A program made the translations under genes and the position numbers. A stretch of DNA of 64,000 nucleotides from Pirellulales bacterium (GTDB lineage Bacteria; Planctomycetota; Planctomycetia; Pirellulales; PALSA-1355), in the NCBI GenBank assembly GCA_041750795.1, contig JBGSYQ010000529.1, positions 612-64,611 of the forward strand, given 5' to 3'. Positions within the stretch are counted from its first letter, which is position 1. Every line of letters starts with the position of its first letter. This document shows, piece by piece, positions 8,784-17,859 of this stretch. The notes beneath the pieces are model-generated. The model had not been told where the DNA came from and ran no database searches. It saw nothing but the letters and a program-made list of their open reading frames with translations.

Positions 8784-10043
8784 TTACTCGAATTCGCGCA
8801 GCACGGACAACAGCCGTTCGATCTCGTCGGTGGTGTTATAGTGCAACAGGCCAAGCCGCACGAGGCCCGCGGGCTCAAGCCCCAGCGATTCGCTGAATTC
8901 CAGCGCGTAGAAGTTGCCGTGCCAGGCAAAAATGCCGCGCTCGCCGAGTCGTTGCGCCAGCTCGGGCGCCGACAAGCGACGATGCGTGATCGACACCGTC
9001 GGCACGCGCTGGTGCAACCGCGCGGCGTCGGTAATGCCCCAGATCTTGACGCTGGGAAGCTCCAGCAGGCCGGCGATCAACTGTCGCGAGAGTTGGCGCT
9101 CGTACGCGCCGATGTCGGCAAAAGCGGCCGCCAGCGCCGTGCGCCGATCGACGGCCGATGGCGCGCTGCGCCGTCCCAGGTCGGCCAGATACTCGATCGC
9201 CGCCAGCACACCGGCAATTCCCTCGTGATTCTGCGTGCCGGTCATCCAGCGATCGGGCAGCGTGTCGGCCGCGGGCCGCACTTTGTACGTTTCGAGGGCG
9301 GCCATCAGCGCGGGCCGCCCCCACAGCAGGCCCACGTGCGGGCCGAAGAACTTATAGGCCGAGCAGGCCAGATAATCGCAACCCCAACGCACCACGTCGA
9401 TCAGCCCGTGCGGCGTAAAGTGTACGGCGTCCAGGTAGACCTGCGCGCCGACGTCGTGCGCCAGCGCCGCGATTTCCGCGACCGGGTTGATCGTGCCGGA
9501 AGCGTTCGAGGCGCAGCCGACGGCCACCAATCGCGTGCGCGGCGACAGGGCACGCCGCAACTCGTCGAGATCGAGCGTGCAATCGTCCGGCCGGAAGTTG
9601 ACGTGCCGGACGGTCGCGCCGGCATCGCGTGCGGCCAGCACCCAGGGAGTGACGTTGGCGTCGTGGTCGAGCCGCGTGACGATCACCTCGTCGCCCGGTT
9701 GCCAAGTGCGTGCCAATGCGCGACTGAACGCAAACGTGAGCGACGTCATGTTCGCGCCGAACACCGTGGCTTCGGGCGAATCGGCGCCGAGCAGGTCGGC
9801 CGCCGCGCGATGTGCTTCGGCCAGCATGGCGTCGCTTTCGCGGCTGCTGGCGAAATGGCCGCCGTGATTGGCATTCATCTCGATCAGGTACTGGGCCAAG
9901 GCGTCGACCACGCGCTGCGGCGCCTGGCTGCCGGCCGGACCATCGAGATAGATCACCGGCTGGCCGTCGATCTGACGCGACAGCGCCGGAAACTGCTGGC
10001 GGCACCAGGCAACGGGAAACGTCGAAGAAGCAACAGCGGTCAT
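8784..10043 (-). CDS. cysteine desulfurase-like class V PLP-dependent enzyme
   Basis: ORF 8784..10094. I prefer ATG 10043 (MTAVASS...). It has FPAL...IYLDGPAGSQ at the N-terminus and PLP-lysine context ACSAYKFFGPHVG, with an aminotransferase class V fold layout. Confidence 0.85.
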   Translation of the reverse strand: MTAVASSTFPVAWCRQQFPALSRQIDGQPVIYLDGPAGSQAPQRVVDALAQYLIEMNANHGGHFASSRESDAMLAEAHRAAADLLGADSPEATVFGANMTSLTFAFSRALARTWQPGDEVIVTRLDHDANVTPWVLAARDAGATVRHVNFRPDDCTLDLDELRRALSPRTRLVAVGCASNASGTINPVAEIAALAHDVGAQVYLDAVHFTPHGLIDVVRWGCDYLACSAYKFFGPHVGLLWGRPALMAALETYKVRPAADTLPDRWMTGTQNHEGIAGVLAAIEYLADLGRRSAPSAVDRRTALAAAFADIGAYERQLSRQLIAGLLELPSVKIWGITDAARLHQRVPTVSITHRRLSAPELAQRLGERGIFAWHGNFYALEFSESLGLEPAGLVRLGLLHYNTTDEIERLLSVLREFE

Positions 10044-10120
10044 GCGAAGTACCGGAGTAAGTGAACGGGTGATCGTGCGACGGTCGAGAGACACATTCAG
10101 GGAAAAGGTTCGGCTTCAGT

Positions 10121-10151
10121 AAAAAAAAGTCCGCCGATCAAGTGCCCGGCG
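10121..10151 (-). terminator. putative intrinsic terminator after the DUF1445 gene
   Basis: On the minus strand, CGCCG-N10-CGGCG (the loop includes the TGA stop) is followed by GAC and a T8 run (A8 at 10121-10128 on the plus strand). The stem is short, but an 8-nt homopolymer is rare in this GC-rich DNA. Confidence 0.35.
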
Positions 10152-10974
10152 CCTGGCCGACATCGAACTCGGCGTCCTTCCAATCGGTGACGAACATGCA
10201 GCCCGGGCTGTGCGTGATGGCCAACTCGGGCTGGGTTTCGAGCAAAGCCAGTTGGGGCGTGACGCCACAGGCCCAAAACACGGGCACCTCACCCGGATAA
10301 ATCGTCACCGCCTCGCCGAACTCGGGCCGGGCCAGGTCCGCGATTCCCAGCGCGCCCGGATCGCCCACGTGAACGGGTGCGCCGTGCATCGTCGGAAAGC
10401 GACGGGTGACGGCGATCGCCTGCTCCACGTGCTCGGGACGCAGCGGCCGCATGCTTACCACCAGGTTGCCGCGGAAGCGCCCGGCCGGTTGACATGCTTG
10501 CGACGTGCGATACATGGGCACGTTGCGGTGCTGGTCGATATGGCGCACCGGCAAGCCCGCGGCCACAAGCGCGTTTTCGAACGTGAACGAGCAGCCCAGC
10601 AGAAAGCAGATCAGGTCGTCGCGCCAGAGGTTGCGGATATCGGTCGGCTCGTCAGGATCGAGCACGCCGCGGCGAAACACGCGATAGCGCGGCACGTCGG
10701 TGCGCAAATCGGCGCGAGGCGCGCTGCGGCGCGGCTGAGGATCGCCGGGCGCCGTCTGCTCCAGCAATGGGCAAGGTCGCGGGTTCAAGCGGCAAAACTC
10801 GGCGAAATCGGCCGCGTCGACGGCCGGCAGCACCACGAGATTGGCCTGCGCAAAGCCCCGCGCCAATCCGGCAGTGGGAGCGGTCCAGCGGCCGGTGCGA
10901 ATCGCTGCGCGCATCTCGGCCCCCGTGGCGGAGGCAAGGGATTCGACGGTGATTACTTCGCGCTGGGTTTGCAT
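10138..10974 (-). CDS. DUF1445 / UPF0317 putative hydro-lyase (D-glutamate cyclase family)
   Basis: 278 aa. FLLGCSFTFE, PMYRT, VVSMRP, HGAPVHVGDP, VPVFWACGVTPQ and ITHSPGCMFVTD match the UPF0317 signature blocks. Confidence 0.85.
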   Translation of the reverse strand: MQTQREVITVESLASATGAEMRAAIRTGRWTAPTAGLARGFAQANLVVLPAVDAADFAEFCRLNPRPCPLLEQTAPGDPQPRRSAPRADLRTDVPRYRVFRRGVLDPDEPTDIRNLWRDDLICFLLGCSFTFENALVAAGLPVRHIDQHRNVPMYRTSQACQPAGRFRGNLVVSMRPLRPEHVEQAIAVTRRFPTMHGAPVHVGDPGALGIADLARPEFGEAVTIYPGEVPVFWACGVTPQLALLETQPELAITHSPGCMFVTDWKDAEFDVGQAPGT

Positions 10975-12269
10975 CGCTCGTCGACGAATCGTTTGCCCTT
11001 GCCCTCGACGCGCGGCAGACTGCCGGGCGTGACCGTGCGCACTTCCACCCGCAGTCCCAGCCGCAATTGCAATTCCTGGGCGACGCGATCCGGCGCGTTC
11101 AGCCGATCTTCGATTTCCACCAGCAGGTGGTCCATTTCGGCCTCGGTGCGCGCCGTCATGCGATACTCGACGACTTCCGGAAAGCTGCGCAGTATCTGCT
11201 CGACCGAGCTGGGAAACACGTTGACACCACGAATGACCATCATGTCGTCGACGCGGCTGACCACGCCGCCTTGCAGGAAGACGAAGCGGTTGTCGCCTTC
11301 GTGCCCCCAGGTGGGGCGCACCAGGTCGCCCGTGCGATAGCGAATGATGGGGCAGCCGGTGCGCCCCAGGTTGGTTAGCACCAGTTCGGAAAGCTCGCCG
11401 TCAACGGCGGGCGTGCCGGTTTCGACGGAGAGAAATTCCGGCAGAAAGTCGTGCTCGTTGACGAATAGACCGTGGCCGCGCAAATCGCCAAAGCCCCAGG
11501 GGCCGACCTCACTGGCACCGCTGTGATCGAGCACGCAGGCCTTCCATGCTTGCTCGAGCCGAGCGCGGGTGGCCGGAATCGATCCGCCCGGCTCGCCGGC
11601 CAGCACCAATTGGCGCACGTCCAGCTCGCTGACGTCGATCTGGTTTTCGGCGGCGACTTCGGCCATGTGCATGGCGTAGCTGGGGGTGCAAAAGATGACC
11701 GTGATTCTGGCCGTCCGCAGCAGCTCGAGCCGTGCCAGCGTGTTGAGCCCGCCGCCGGGCACCACCAGGCAGCCACGCGCCAACACCGCGTCGAACGCAC
11801 TCCAAAAGCCGATGAACGGCCCGAACGAAAAGGTAAACAGCGCGCGGTCGCCCGCTTCGATGCCGGCTGCGTCGAGCACGAACTGCCAACAGTCGATCCA
11901 CCAGCGCCAGTCGTCGGGCGTGTCGAGCACCGCCAGCGGTCGGCCGTGGGTGCCCGACGTCTGGTGATAGCGCGTGTAACGCTCGATGGGATAGGTGAGA
12001 TTGGCGGCCAGGACGCCGGTGCTCGACGTGTTGAGCAGCTCGTCCTTGAAGGTGAAGGGCAGGGCGGCCACGTCGTCGAGCGAGTGCAGCGGGCCCGCGG
12101 GGTCGGCCAGCGCCTGGGCGCTGATCGCGCTGAGTTTCTCGGTGTAAAAGCGATTCTGCGGCAGAATTTCGCGCAGCAGCGCGTTCAACCGCGAAAGCTG
12201 GTGTGCTTCGAGCGCCGAGTCGTCGAGCGATTCGAATTGGCGCCGCTGTTCGGGCGTGGTGGTGAGCAT
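10953..12269 (-). CDS. phenylacetate-CoA ligase-like (PaaK / coenzyme F390 synthetase family) adenylate-forming enzyme
   Basis: 438 aa. It has a TSGTHGRPL P-loop-like motif in the position of SSGTTGKP, plus YRTGD and a C-terminal GKGKR. The stop TAA at 10953-10955 overlaps the downstream start by 22 nt. Confidence 0.85.
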   Translation of the reverse strand: MLTTTPEQRRQFESLDDSALEAHQLSRLNALLREILPQNRFYTEKLSAISAQALADPAGPLHSLDDVAALPFTFKDELLNTSSTGVLAANLTYPIERYTRYHQTSGTHGRPLAVLDTPDDWRWWIDCWQFVLDAAGIEAGDRALFTFSFGPFIGFWSAFDAVLARGCLVVPGGGLNTLARLELLRTARITVIFCTPSYAMHMAEVAAENQIDVSELDVRQLVLAGEPGGSIPATRARLEQAWKACVLDHSGASEVGPWGFGDLRGHGLFVNEHDFLPEFLSVETGTPAVDGELSELVLTNLGRTGCPIIRYRTGDLVRPTWGHEGDNRFVFLQGGVVSRVDDMMVIRGVNVFPSSVEQILRSFPEVVEYRMTARTEAEMDHLLVEIEDRLNAPDRVAQELQLRLGLRVEVRTVTPGSLPRVEGKGKRFVDERCKPSAK

Positions 12270-12452
12270 GATTCAAATCATAAAGCCCCCGACGCCGGCT
12301 GGCCAGCGGGCGAGGCACCCGGGAGAGCGACGCAAACTGGCCTGCGCCGGTGCCCCGGAGCTTGTTAGAATCATCTGATCCCAAACCGCTCATGTCCGCG
12401 CGACGGCGTTCTCGCCCGGCAGTTCTCCGTTTTCCAGCTCGATCCGCGCCCC

Positions 12453-13742
12453 ATGACCGACGCACCTCGCAAAGCCTCGTTGCTGGTGATCTTTCTCACC
12501 GTGTTCATCGACTTGCTGGGCTTCGGCATGGTGCTGCCGCTGTTGCCCATCTATGCCAAGGATTTTGCCGAGCAGTTGGGGCTGGAGCCGGGACACTCGC
12601 GCATCGGGTTGTTGATCGGATTGCTGATGTCCAGCTTTTCGTTCATGCAGTTCATCTTTGCGCCGTTGTGGGGCCGGCTGAGCGATCGGGTGGGCCGGCG
12701 GCCGGTGCTGATGATCGGGCTGGCCGGCTCGGTGGTCTTTTACACGCTGTTCGGCGTTGCCACCGTGCTGAAGAGTTTGCCGTTGTTGTTCGCTTCGCGG
12801 ATCGGCGCGGGCGTGGCCGGCGCCACGATCTCGACGGCGCAGGCTTATATCGCCGACGCCACGGCGCTGCAAAACCGGGCGCGCGGCATGGCAATGATCG
12901 GCGCGGCTTTTGGACTGGGATTCACTTTTGGACCGCTGTTCGGATTCCTGGCGGTGCCCAGCGGCACGGGCGATCCCGGTCCTGGTCCCGGCTATGCGGC
13001 GGCCGGTTTGTCCGCGATCGCGCTGTGCCTCGCCTACTTCAAGCTGCCCGAAAGCCTGCGTCCCGACAGCAAGGCGCAGCGGCCGCACTGGTTTGACACG
13101 CAGGCGCTGCGTGGCGCACTGGGAACTCCGGCCGTGGGATTGTTGCTGCTGACGATCTTCATCTACGTGTTTTCGTTCGCCAACCTCGAGTCGACCTTGT
13201 CGCTGATGATTAACGCCGAGGATGTGGGTTATGCCTTTAACTTTCGGCAGGTGTGTCTGACGTATGCGTTCATCGGATTCATCCTGACGCTGGTGCAAGG
13301 GGGAATCGTACGTCAGTTGGCGACGCGCTTGCCCGAAGGCGTGATGGCTATCGGCGGCTCGGTCGTCGAGATCGTGGGATTCGTGGTGCTGACGCAAGCG
13401 GCGGTCAGGCCGTCGTTGCCCTTGCTGCTGGTGGGTTTGGCGATCGTGGTCACGGGGTTTGCCTTTGTCACGCCGTCGCTGCACTCGCTATTGTCGCGCT
13501 GGAGCGATCCCACCAAGCAGGGGGGCATTCTAGGCATCGGCCAGAGCATCTCGGCGCTGTCGCGCATCCTGGGCCCGATGGTCGGCGTGCCATTGTTCGA
13601 GAACCGCGCGCTGGCCGAGACGTTCGGCGTCAAGGCGGCCCAAATGCCGCTCTACCTGGCGACCGTGCTGACGGCGGTGGCGCTGGTGTGCGTGGTCTTG
13701 GCCGCGCGAAGTGGCCGCGACTATCCGACCGCCATCGATTGA
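12453..13742 (+). CDS. MFS transporter (12-TM, drug:H+ antiporter-like)
   Basis: 429 aa. It has FIDLLGFGMVLPLLP, the WGRLSDRVGRRP motif A and about 12 hydrophobic helices. Confidence 0.9.
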   Translation: MTDAPRKASLLVIFLTVFIDLLGFGMVLPLLPIYAKDFAEQLGLEPGHSRIGLLIGLLMSSFSFMQFIFAPLWGRLSDRVGRRPVLMIGLAGSVVFYTLFGVATVLKSLPLLFASRIGAGVAGATISTAQAYIADATALQNRARGMAMIGAAFGLGFTFGPLFGFLAVPSGTGDPGPGPGYAAAGLSAIALCLAYFKLPESLRPDSKAQRPHWFDTQALRGALGTPAVGLLLLTIFIYVFSFANLESTLSLMINAEDVGYAFNFRQVCLTYAFIGFILTLVQGGIVRQLATRLPEGVMAIGGSVVEIVGFVVLTQAAVRPSLPLLLVGLAIVVTGFAFVTPSLHSLLSRWSDPTKQGGILGIGQSISALSRILGPMVGVPLFENRALAETFGVKAAQMPLYLATVLTAVALVCVVLAARSGRDYPTAID

Positions 13743-13983
13743 GCCGCGGCGGAAAATCGGGCGCGAGTTCCACCTGGGCCGGTGCGACGTGATTGAAGCA
13801 CGCGCGGCTTGGTGCATTCTGGCCATCTCGTGTTGTGATGTCGGACGACCCAGGCGGCGGCAGTCACCTGAGGACGGAACATTGATGAGGAAACTGGCGC
13901 TCGAAAGACTCGAGGGCCGCGAGATGATGGCATTCGTGGACGAGCCCGTGATTGCGCCGGTCAGTTGACTGCCGAGCAACGAT

Positions 13984-16900
13984 CTACGATGCCGAGCCAA
14001 ACCCGCCGCCGCCGGGCGTCTCGATCGAAAGTACGTCGCCCGGCAATGCTTGGAACTGGGCGAGCGCCGGCAGCTCGCTCTGCGTGCCGTCGGCCCGCTC
14101 GAGCAGGTTGCGCCCCAACGCGCCGGCTGAGCCTCCTTGCAGACCATAGGGTGGATAGGGTCCGCGGCGTTGTGACAGGATGGAAACTTCCAGCGGCTTG
14201 AGAAATTCGATGCGGCGGATCACGCCGTTGCCGCCGCGCTGTCGTCCTGTGCCGCCGGAGCCAACGCGGATGGAAAACGACCGCAGGCGCACCGGATAGC
14301 GGCGTTCGAGCACTTCAGGATCGGTGAGCCGGGTGTTGGTCATATGCGTGTGTACGGCGTCGGCGCCGTGGGCGTCGCGCGTGGCGCCCGCTCCACCGCA
14401 AATCGTTTCGTAATAGCCGAACGTCGCATCGCCGAACAGCAGGTTGTTCATCGTGCCCTGGCTGGCAGCCGCCAGGCCGAACGCGCCCAGCAGCACGTCG
14501 ACCACGCGCTGCGACGTTTCGACGTTGCCGCCGACGACGGCCGGGCAGTCTTCGGCTTGCGGTTGCTCGGCCGGGTTCAACAACCCTGGTGGAACGATCA
14601 GCTCGACCGGCGCCAGCACACCCTGGTTGAGCGGGATGTCTTCGGCCAACAGGCAGCGCAGCACGTAGAGCACCGCGGCGGTCGTGATCGCGCCATTGGC
14701 GTTCAAGTTGCCGCGGCTGACCGGACCGGTGCCGGTGAAATCGATCGTAGCGCGATCGCCGTCGACCGTGATCGAAACGGAAATCGGCGTGCCATCGTCC
14801 AAGTGGTCCGTAAATGGATAGACGCCGGGCTCGAGTTGCCGCAGCGCCTGGCGGACCTGCTGCTCGGCGGCGACTTGAATGTGGTGCATGTAAGCGGCGA
14901 CGACCGGCAGCGTATAGCGCTCGACCAGCCGGGCCAGGTCGGCGGCGCCGCGATGATTGGCGGCCACTTGCGCCGCCACGTCGGCCAGATTCGCTTCGAC
15001 GGCACGACTGGGGTGCGGGCCGGAGGTCAACAGCTTGCGCAGATCCTCCCAGCGCGCCTCCCCGGCATCGACCAGCTTGAAGTTGCGGATCAACACCCCT
15101 TCTTCACCCAAGTTGCGCGAGAAGGGGGGCATCGAGCCGGGCGTAATGCCGCCCAACTCGGCATGGTGCGCGCGGCTGGCCGTGAAGAACAGGATTTGCC
15201 CGGCACGATCGTGGACCGGCGTGACCACGGTGACGTCGGGCAAGTGCGATCCGCCGCGATAGGGATCGTTGGCGACGAACACGTCGCCGGCGCGCATCGA
15301 CGGATTGTCGGTGATCACGCGGCGCACGGTTTCCGCCATGGCGCCCAAGTGTACCGGCATGTGCGGCGCATTGACCACCAGATCCCCCTCGGGCGTAAAC
15401 AGCGCACAACTGAAATCAAGGCGCTCCTTGACGTTCACGCTGCTGGAGGTATTCCGCAGCGTGATACCCATCTGTTCGGCAATGGCGGCGAACTGATTGT
15501 TGAAGACTTCCAGCATGACAGGGTCGGCGGTGGTATCGACCGAGGCATGCGGCGGGCCGCCAGCCACCTGGCGCACCAACAGCTCGCCGCCGCTGAGTAC
15601 CTGGGCCTCCCAGCCCGGGTCGATCAGCGTGGTCGACGACGATTCGGAGACGATGGCTGGTCCGAAAATCAGGTCTCCCGGTTGCAAAGCGTCGCGCTCG
15701 AAGGCCTGGGTTTCGAGCAGCATTCCGTCGAAATGCGTTTGCACGGTGCGCGCGGCGGTCGGGTTGCGTGGCGGAACCGGTCCCGAGGCAGGCAGCGGCG
15801 CCGACGACTGCCCGCGCGCTTCGACTCGTAGTGCCACGATTTCCAGCGCGCGCCCTTCATGGATATAGCCATACAGCTTGCGATGCTCGGCCAAAAAGGC
15901 GGCCTCGCACTCGGCGGCCGCGTCGAAGGGGCAGGGCACGACCAGCGACGCGTCGACGCCCCGATAGCGCAACTCGACAAGCCGCGTCAGCGTGATCCGC
16001 TCTTGCTCGATGCCTTCGGCCAGCACGCCACGGACGGCCTGTTCTGCCAGCCGGGTAAACTCCCCAGCCAGTTCGACGAACGCTTGCTCAGTGAGCGCGC
16101 GGTATACGCCGCTGACCGCGTGGCGTTCGACGTCGGCCAGGCCAATGCCGTAGGCGCTCAGCAGGCCGGCGTGCGGATGAAAGAGGATCTCGCGCATGCC
16201 CAGCTCGCGCGCGACGGCACAGGCATGTTGCCCGGCGGCGCCGCCAAAGGGCACGAGCACATAGTCGCGCGGATCGCAGCCCTTGGCTACGGAAATCGAG
16301 CCGATCGCTTTCGCCATGTTGGCGTTGGCCACTCGGACAAACCCTGCGGCCAATTCCAAGGGCGCATAGCGGCGGCCGGTGGCGCTTGCAATCTCGTCGA
16401 CCAGCGTTGTCAAGCGCGCCGATGCTGCCGTACGATCCAAGGGGAATGGAAAGCGATCGGGCAGGATCTTGCCCAGCAAGAAGTTGACGTCGGTCACGGT
16501 CAGCGGACCGCCCCGCCCGTAGCAAGCCGGACCGGGTTCGGCTCCTGCACTATCGGGTCCGACGACGAGCTTGACGCCGTCGAAATGGCAGATCGATCCG
16601 CCGCCGGCGGCCACGGTTTCAATGGCCATCATGGGCGCGACGACGCGCACTCCCGACTTCTCGGTTTCGAATTCCAGCTCGTAACGCCCATCGAAGCGCG
16701 AGACGTCGGTGCTGGTGCCTCCCATGTCGAATCCGATGGCGCGGTCGAAGCCGGCCGCTTGCGCGACGCGTGAAAAGCCGACCACGCCGCCGGCCGGGCC
16801 GGAGAGGATGCTGTCCTTGCCGACGAACGCCCCGGCGTCGACCAGCCCTCCCGCCGAGGTCAGGATGCGCAGCGAACCGGCCGGAAGCTCCTTGCGCAGC

Positions 16901-17787
16901 GAGCGGACGTAGCGGCGCAGGATGGGATTCAAGTAAGCGTCCATCACCGTGGTGTCGCCTCGCGAAACGATCTTCACCAGCGGAGCGACCCGGCTGGAAA
17001 CGCTGATCTCGTCGAAGCCGACTTCGCGAGCCAACTCGGCCACGAGCTCCTCATGATCGGGCCGGACGAATGCGTGCATCAGGCACACGGCCAGCGACTC
17101 GACGCCCTGCTCGCGGACGGCGCGCAGTTGCTCGCGCACGGCCGCTGCGTCCGGGGCGCGCAGCACCTTGCCGGCGAAGTCGATGCGCTCGTCGATCTCG
17201 ACCACCGCGGCGAACAGCGGCCGCGGCTTGCGAATGTCCAGATCGAACAGCCGTGGCCGGTTCTGATAGCCAATGTGCAAGACGTCGCCGAATCCGCGCG
17301 TCGTGACGAACGCGGTGCGCGCGCCGCGCCGCGTGATCAGGGCGTTGGTGCCGCGAGTGGTTCCCAGGCGCACGGTCACGGGCCCGATGGGCTCCGCCAG
17401 CGTCAGCCCCAGCAAGTAGCGAATCGCCACCAACGGCGCTTCCAAGTGCGAGAACAACTCGTAGGTCTGTCCGGTTTGCGGCGCGCGCGGAAGCGGCGCC
17501 GCCAGTTGCAGCGTGCCGCTCTGCTGGTCGAACTGCGCGACCGTCGTCTCGGCCACGACAGCGCCGGACGCGTCGAACAATCGCAGGCGGTAGCCGGTCC
17601 ACACATCGGCCGGATCGAGACGGCGAGCGGCATCCAACAGCACGCCGCGCGACGATCCATCGCCAACGGCCCCCTTGATGACGCCGGAACTGAGCACCTT
17701 GTAGTGCGCCAGCCGACCGTCCTCGCCGCGCGCGAAGCTGTCGGTGAACGTGCCGCCGACGTCGATCCAGAATTCGCAATGTGACAT
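13984..17787 (-). CDS. 5-oxoprolinase (ATP-hydrolysing), fused hydantoinase A/B (HyuA-HyuB) type
   Basis: ORF 13984..17817. I prefer ATG 17787 ([16 protein letters not shown]). The N-terminal half is hydantoinase A-like ([11 protein letters not shown]) and the C-terminal half is hydantoinase B-like ([12 protein letters not shown]). Confidence 0.9.
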   Translation of the reverse strand: MSHCEFWIDVGGTFTDSFARGEDGRLAHYKVLSSGVIKGAVGDGSSRGVLLDAARRLDPADVWTGYRLRLFDASGAVVAETTVAQFDQQSGTLQLAAPLPRAPQTGQTYELFSHLEAPLVAIRYLLGLTLAEPIGPVTVRLGTTRGTNALITRRGARTAFVTTRGFGDVLHIGYQNRPRLFDLDIRKPRPLFAAVVEIDERIDFAGKVLRAPDAAAVREQLRAVREQGVESLAVCLMHAFVRPDHEELVAELAREVGFDEISVSSRVAPLVKIVSRGDTTVMDAYLNPILRRYVRSLRKELPAGSLRILTSAGGLVDAGAFVGKDSILSGPAGGVVGFSRVAQAAGFDRAIGFDMGGTSTDVSRFDGRYELEFETEKSGVRVVAPMMAIETVAAGGGSICHFDGVKLVVGPDSAGAEPGPACYGRGGPLTVTDVNFLLGKILPDRFPFPLDRTAASARLTTLVDEIASATGRRYAPLELAAGFVRVANANMAKAIGSISVAKGCDPRDYVLVPFGGAAGQHACAVARELGMREILFHPHAGLLSAYGIGLADVERHAVSGVYRALTEQAFVELAGEFTRLAEQAVRGVLAEGIEQERITLTRLVELRYRGVDASLVVPCPFDAAAECEAAFLAEHRKLYGYIHEGRALEIVALRVEARGQSSAPLPASGPVPPRNPTAARTVQTHFDGMLLETQAFERDALQPGDLIFGPAIVSESSSTTLIDPGWEAQVLSGGELLVRQVAGGPPHASVDTTADPVMLEVFNNQFAAIAEQMGITLRNTSSSVNVKERLDFSCALFTPEGDLVVNAPHMPVHLGAMAETVRRVITDNPSMRAGDVFVANDPYRGGSHLPDVTVVTPVHDRAGQILFFTASRAHHAELGGITPGSMPPFSRNLGEEGVLIRNFKLVDAGEARWEDLRKLLTSGPHPSRAVEANLADVAAQVAANHRGAADLARLVERYTLPVVAAYMHHIQVAAEQQVRQALRQLEPGVYPFTDHLDDGTPISVSITVDGDRATIDFTGTGPVSRGNLNANGAITTAAVLYVLRCLLAEDIPLNQGVLAPVELIVPPGLLNPAEQPQAEDCPAVVGGNVETSQRVVDVLLGAFGLAAASQGTMNNLLFGDATFGYYETICGGAGATRDAHGADAVHTHMTNTRLTDPEVLERRYPVRLRSFSIRVGSGGTGRQRGGNGVIRRIEFLKPLEVSILSQRRGPYPPYGLQGGSAGALGRNLLERADGTQSELPALAQFQALPGDVLSIETPGGGGFGSAS

Positions 17788-17859
17788 GGCGTCTTGTTTA
17801 CCATCGCGACGGCGCACGAAAAGGCGCCACGCGCTGCCGCGCGGCGTGAATCCCAGGCA

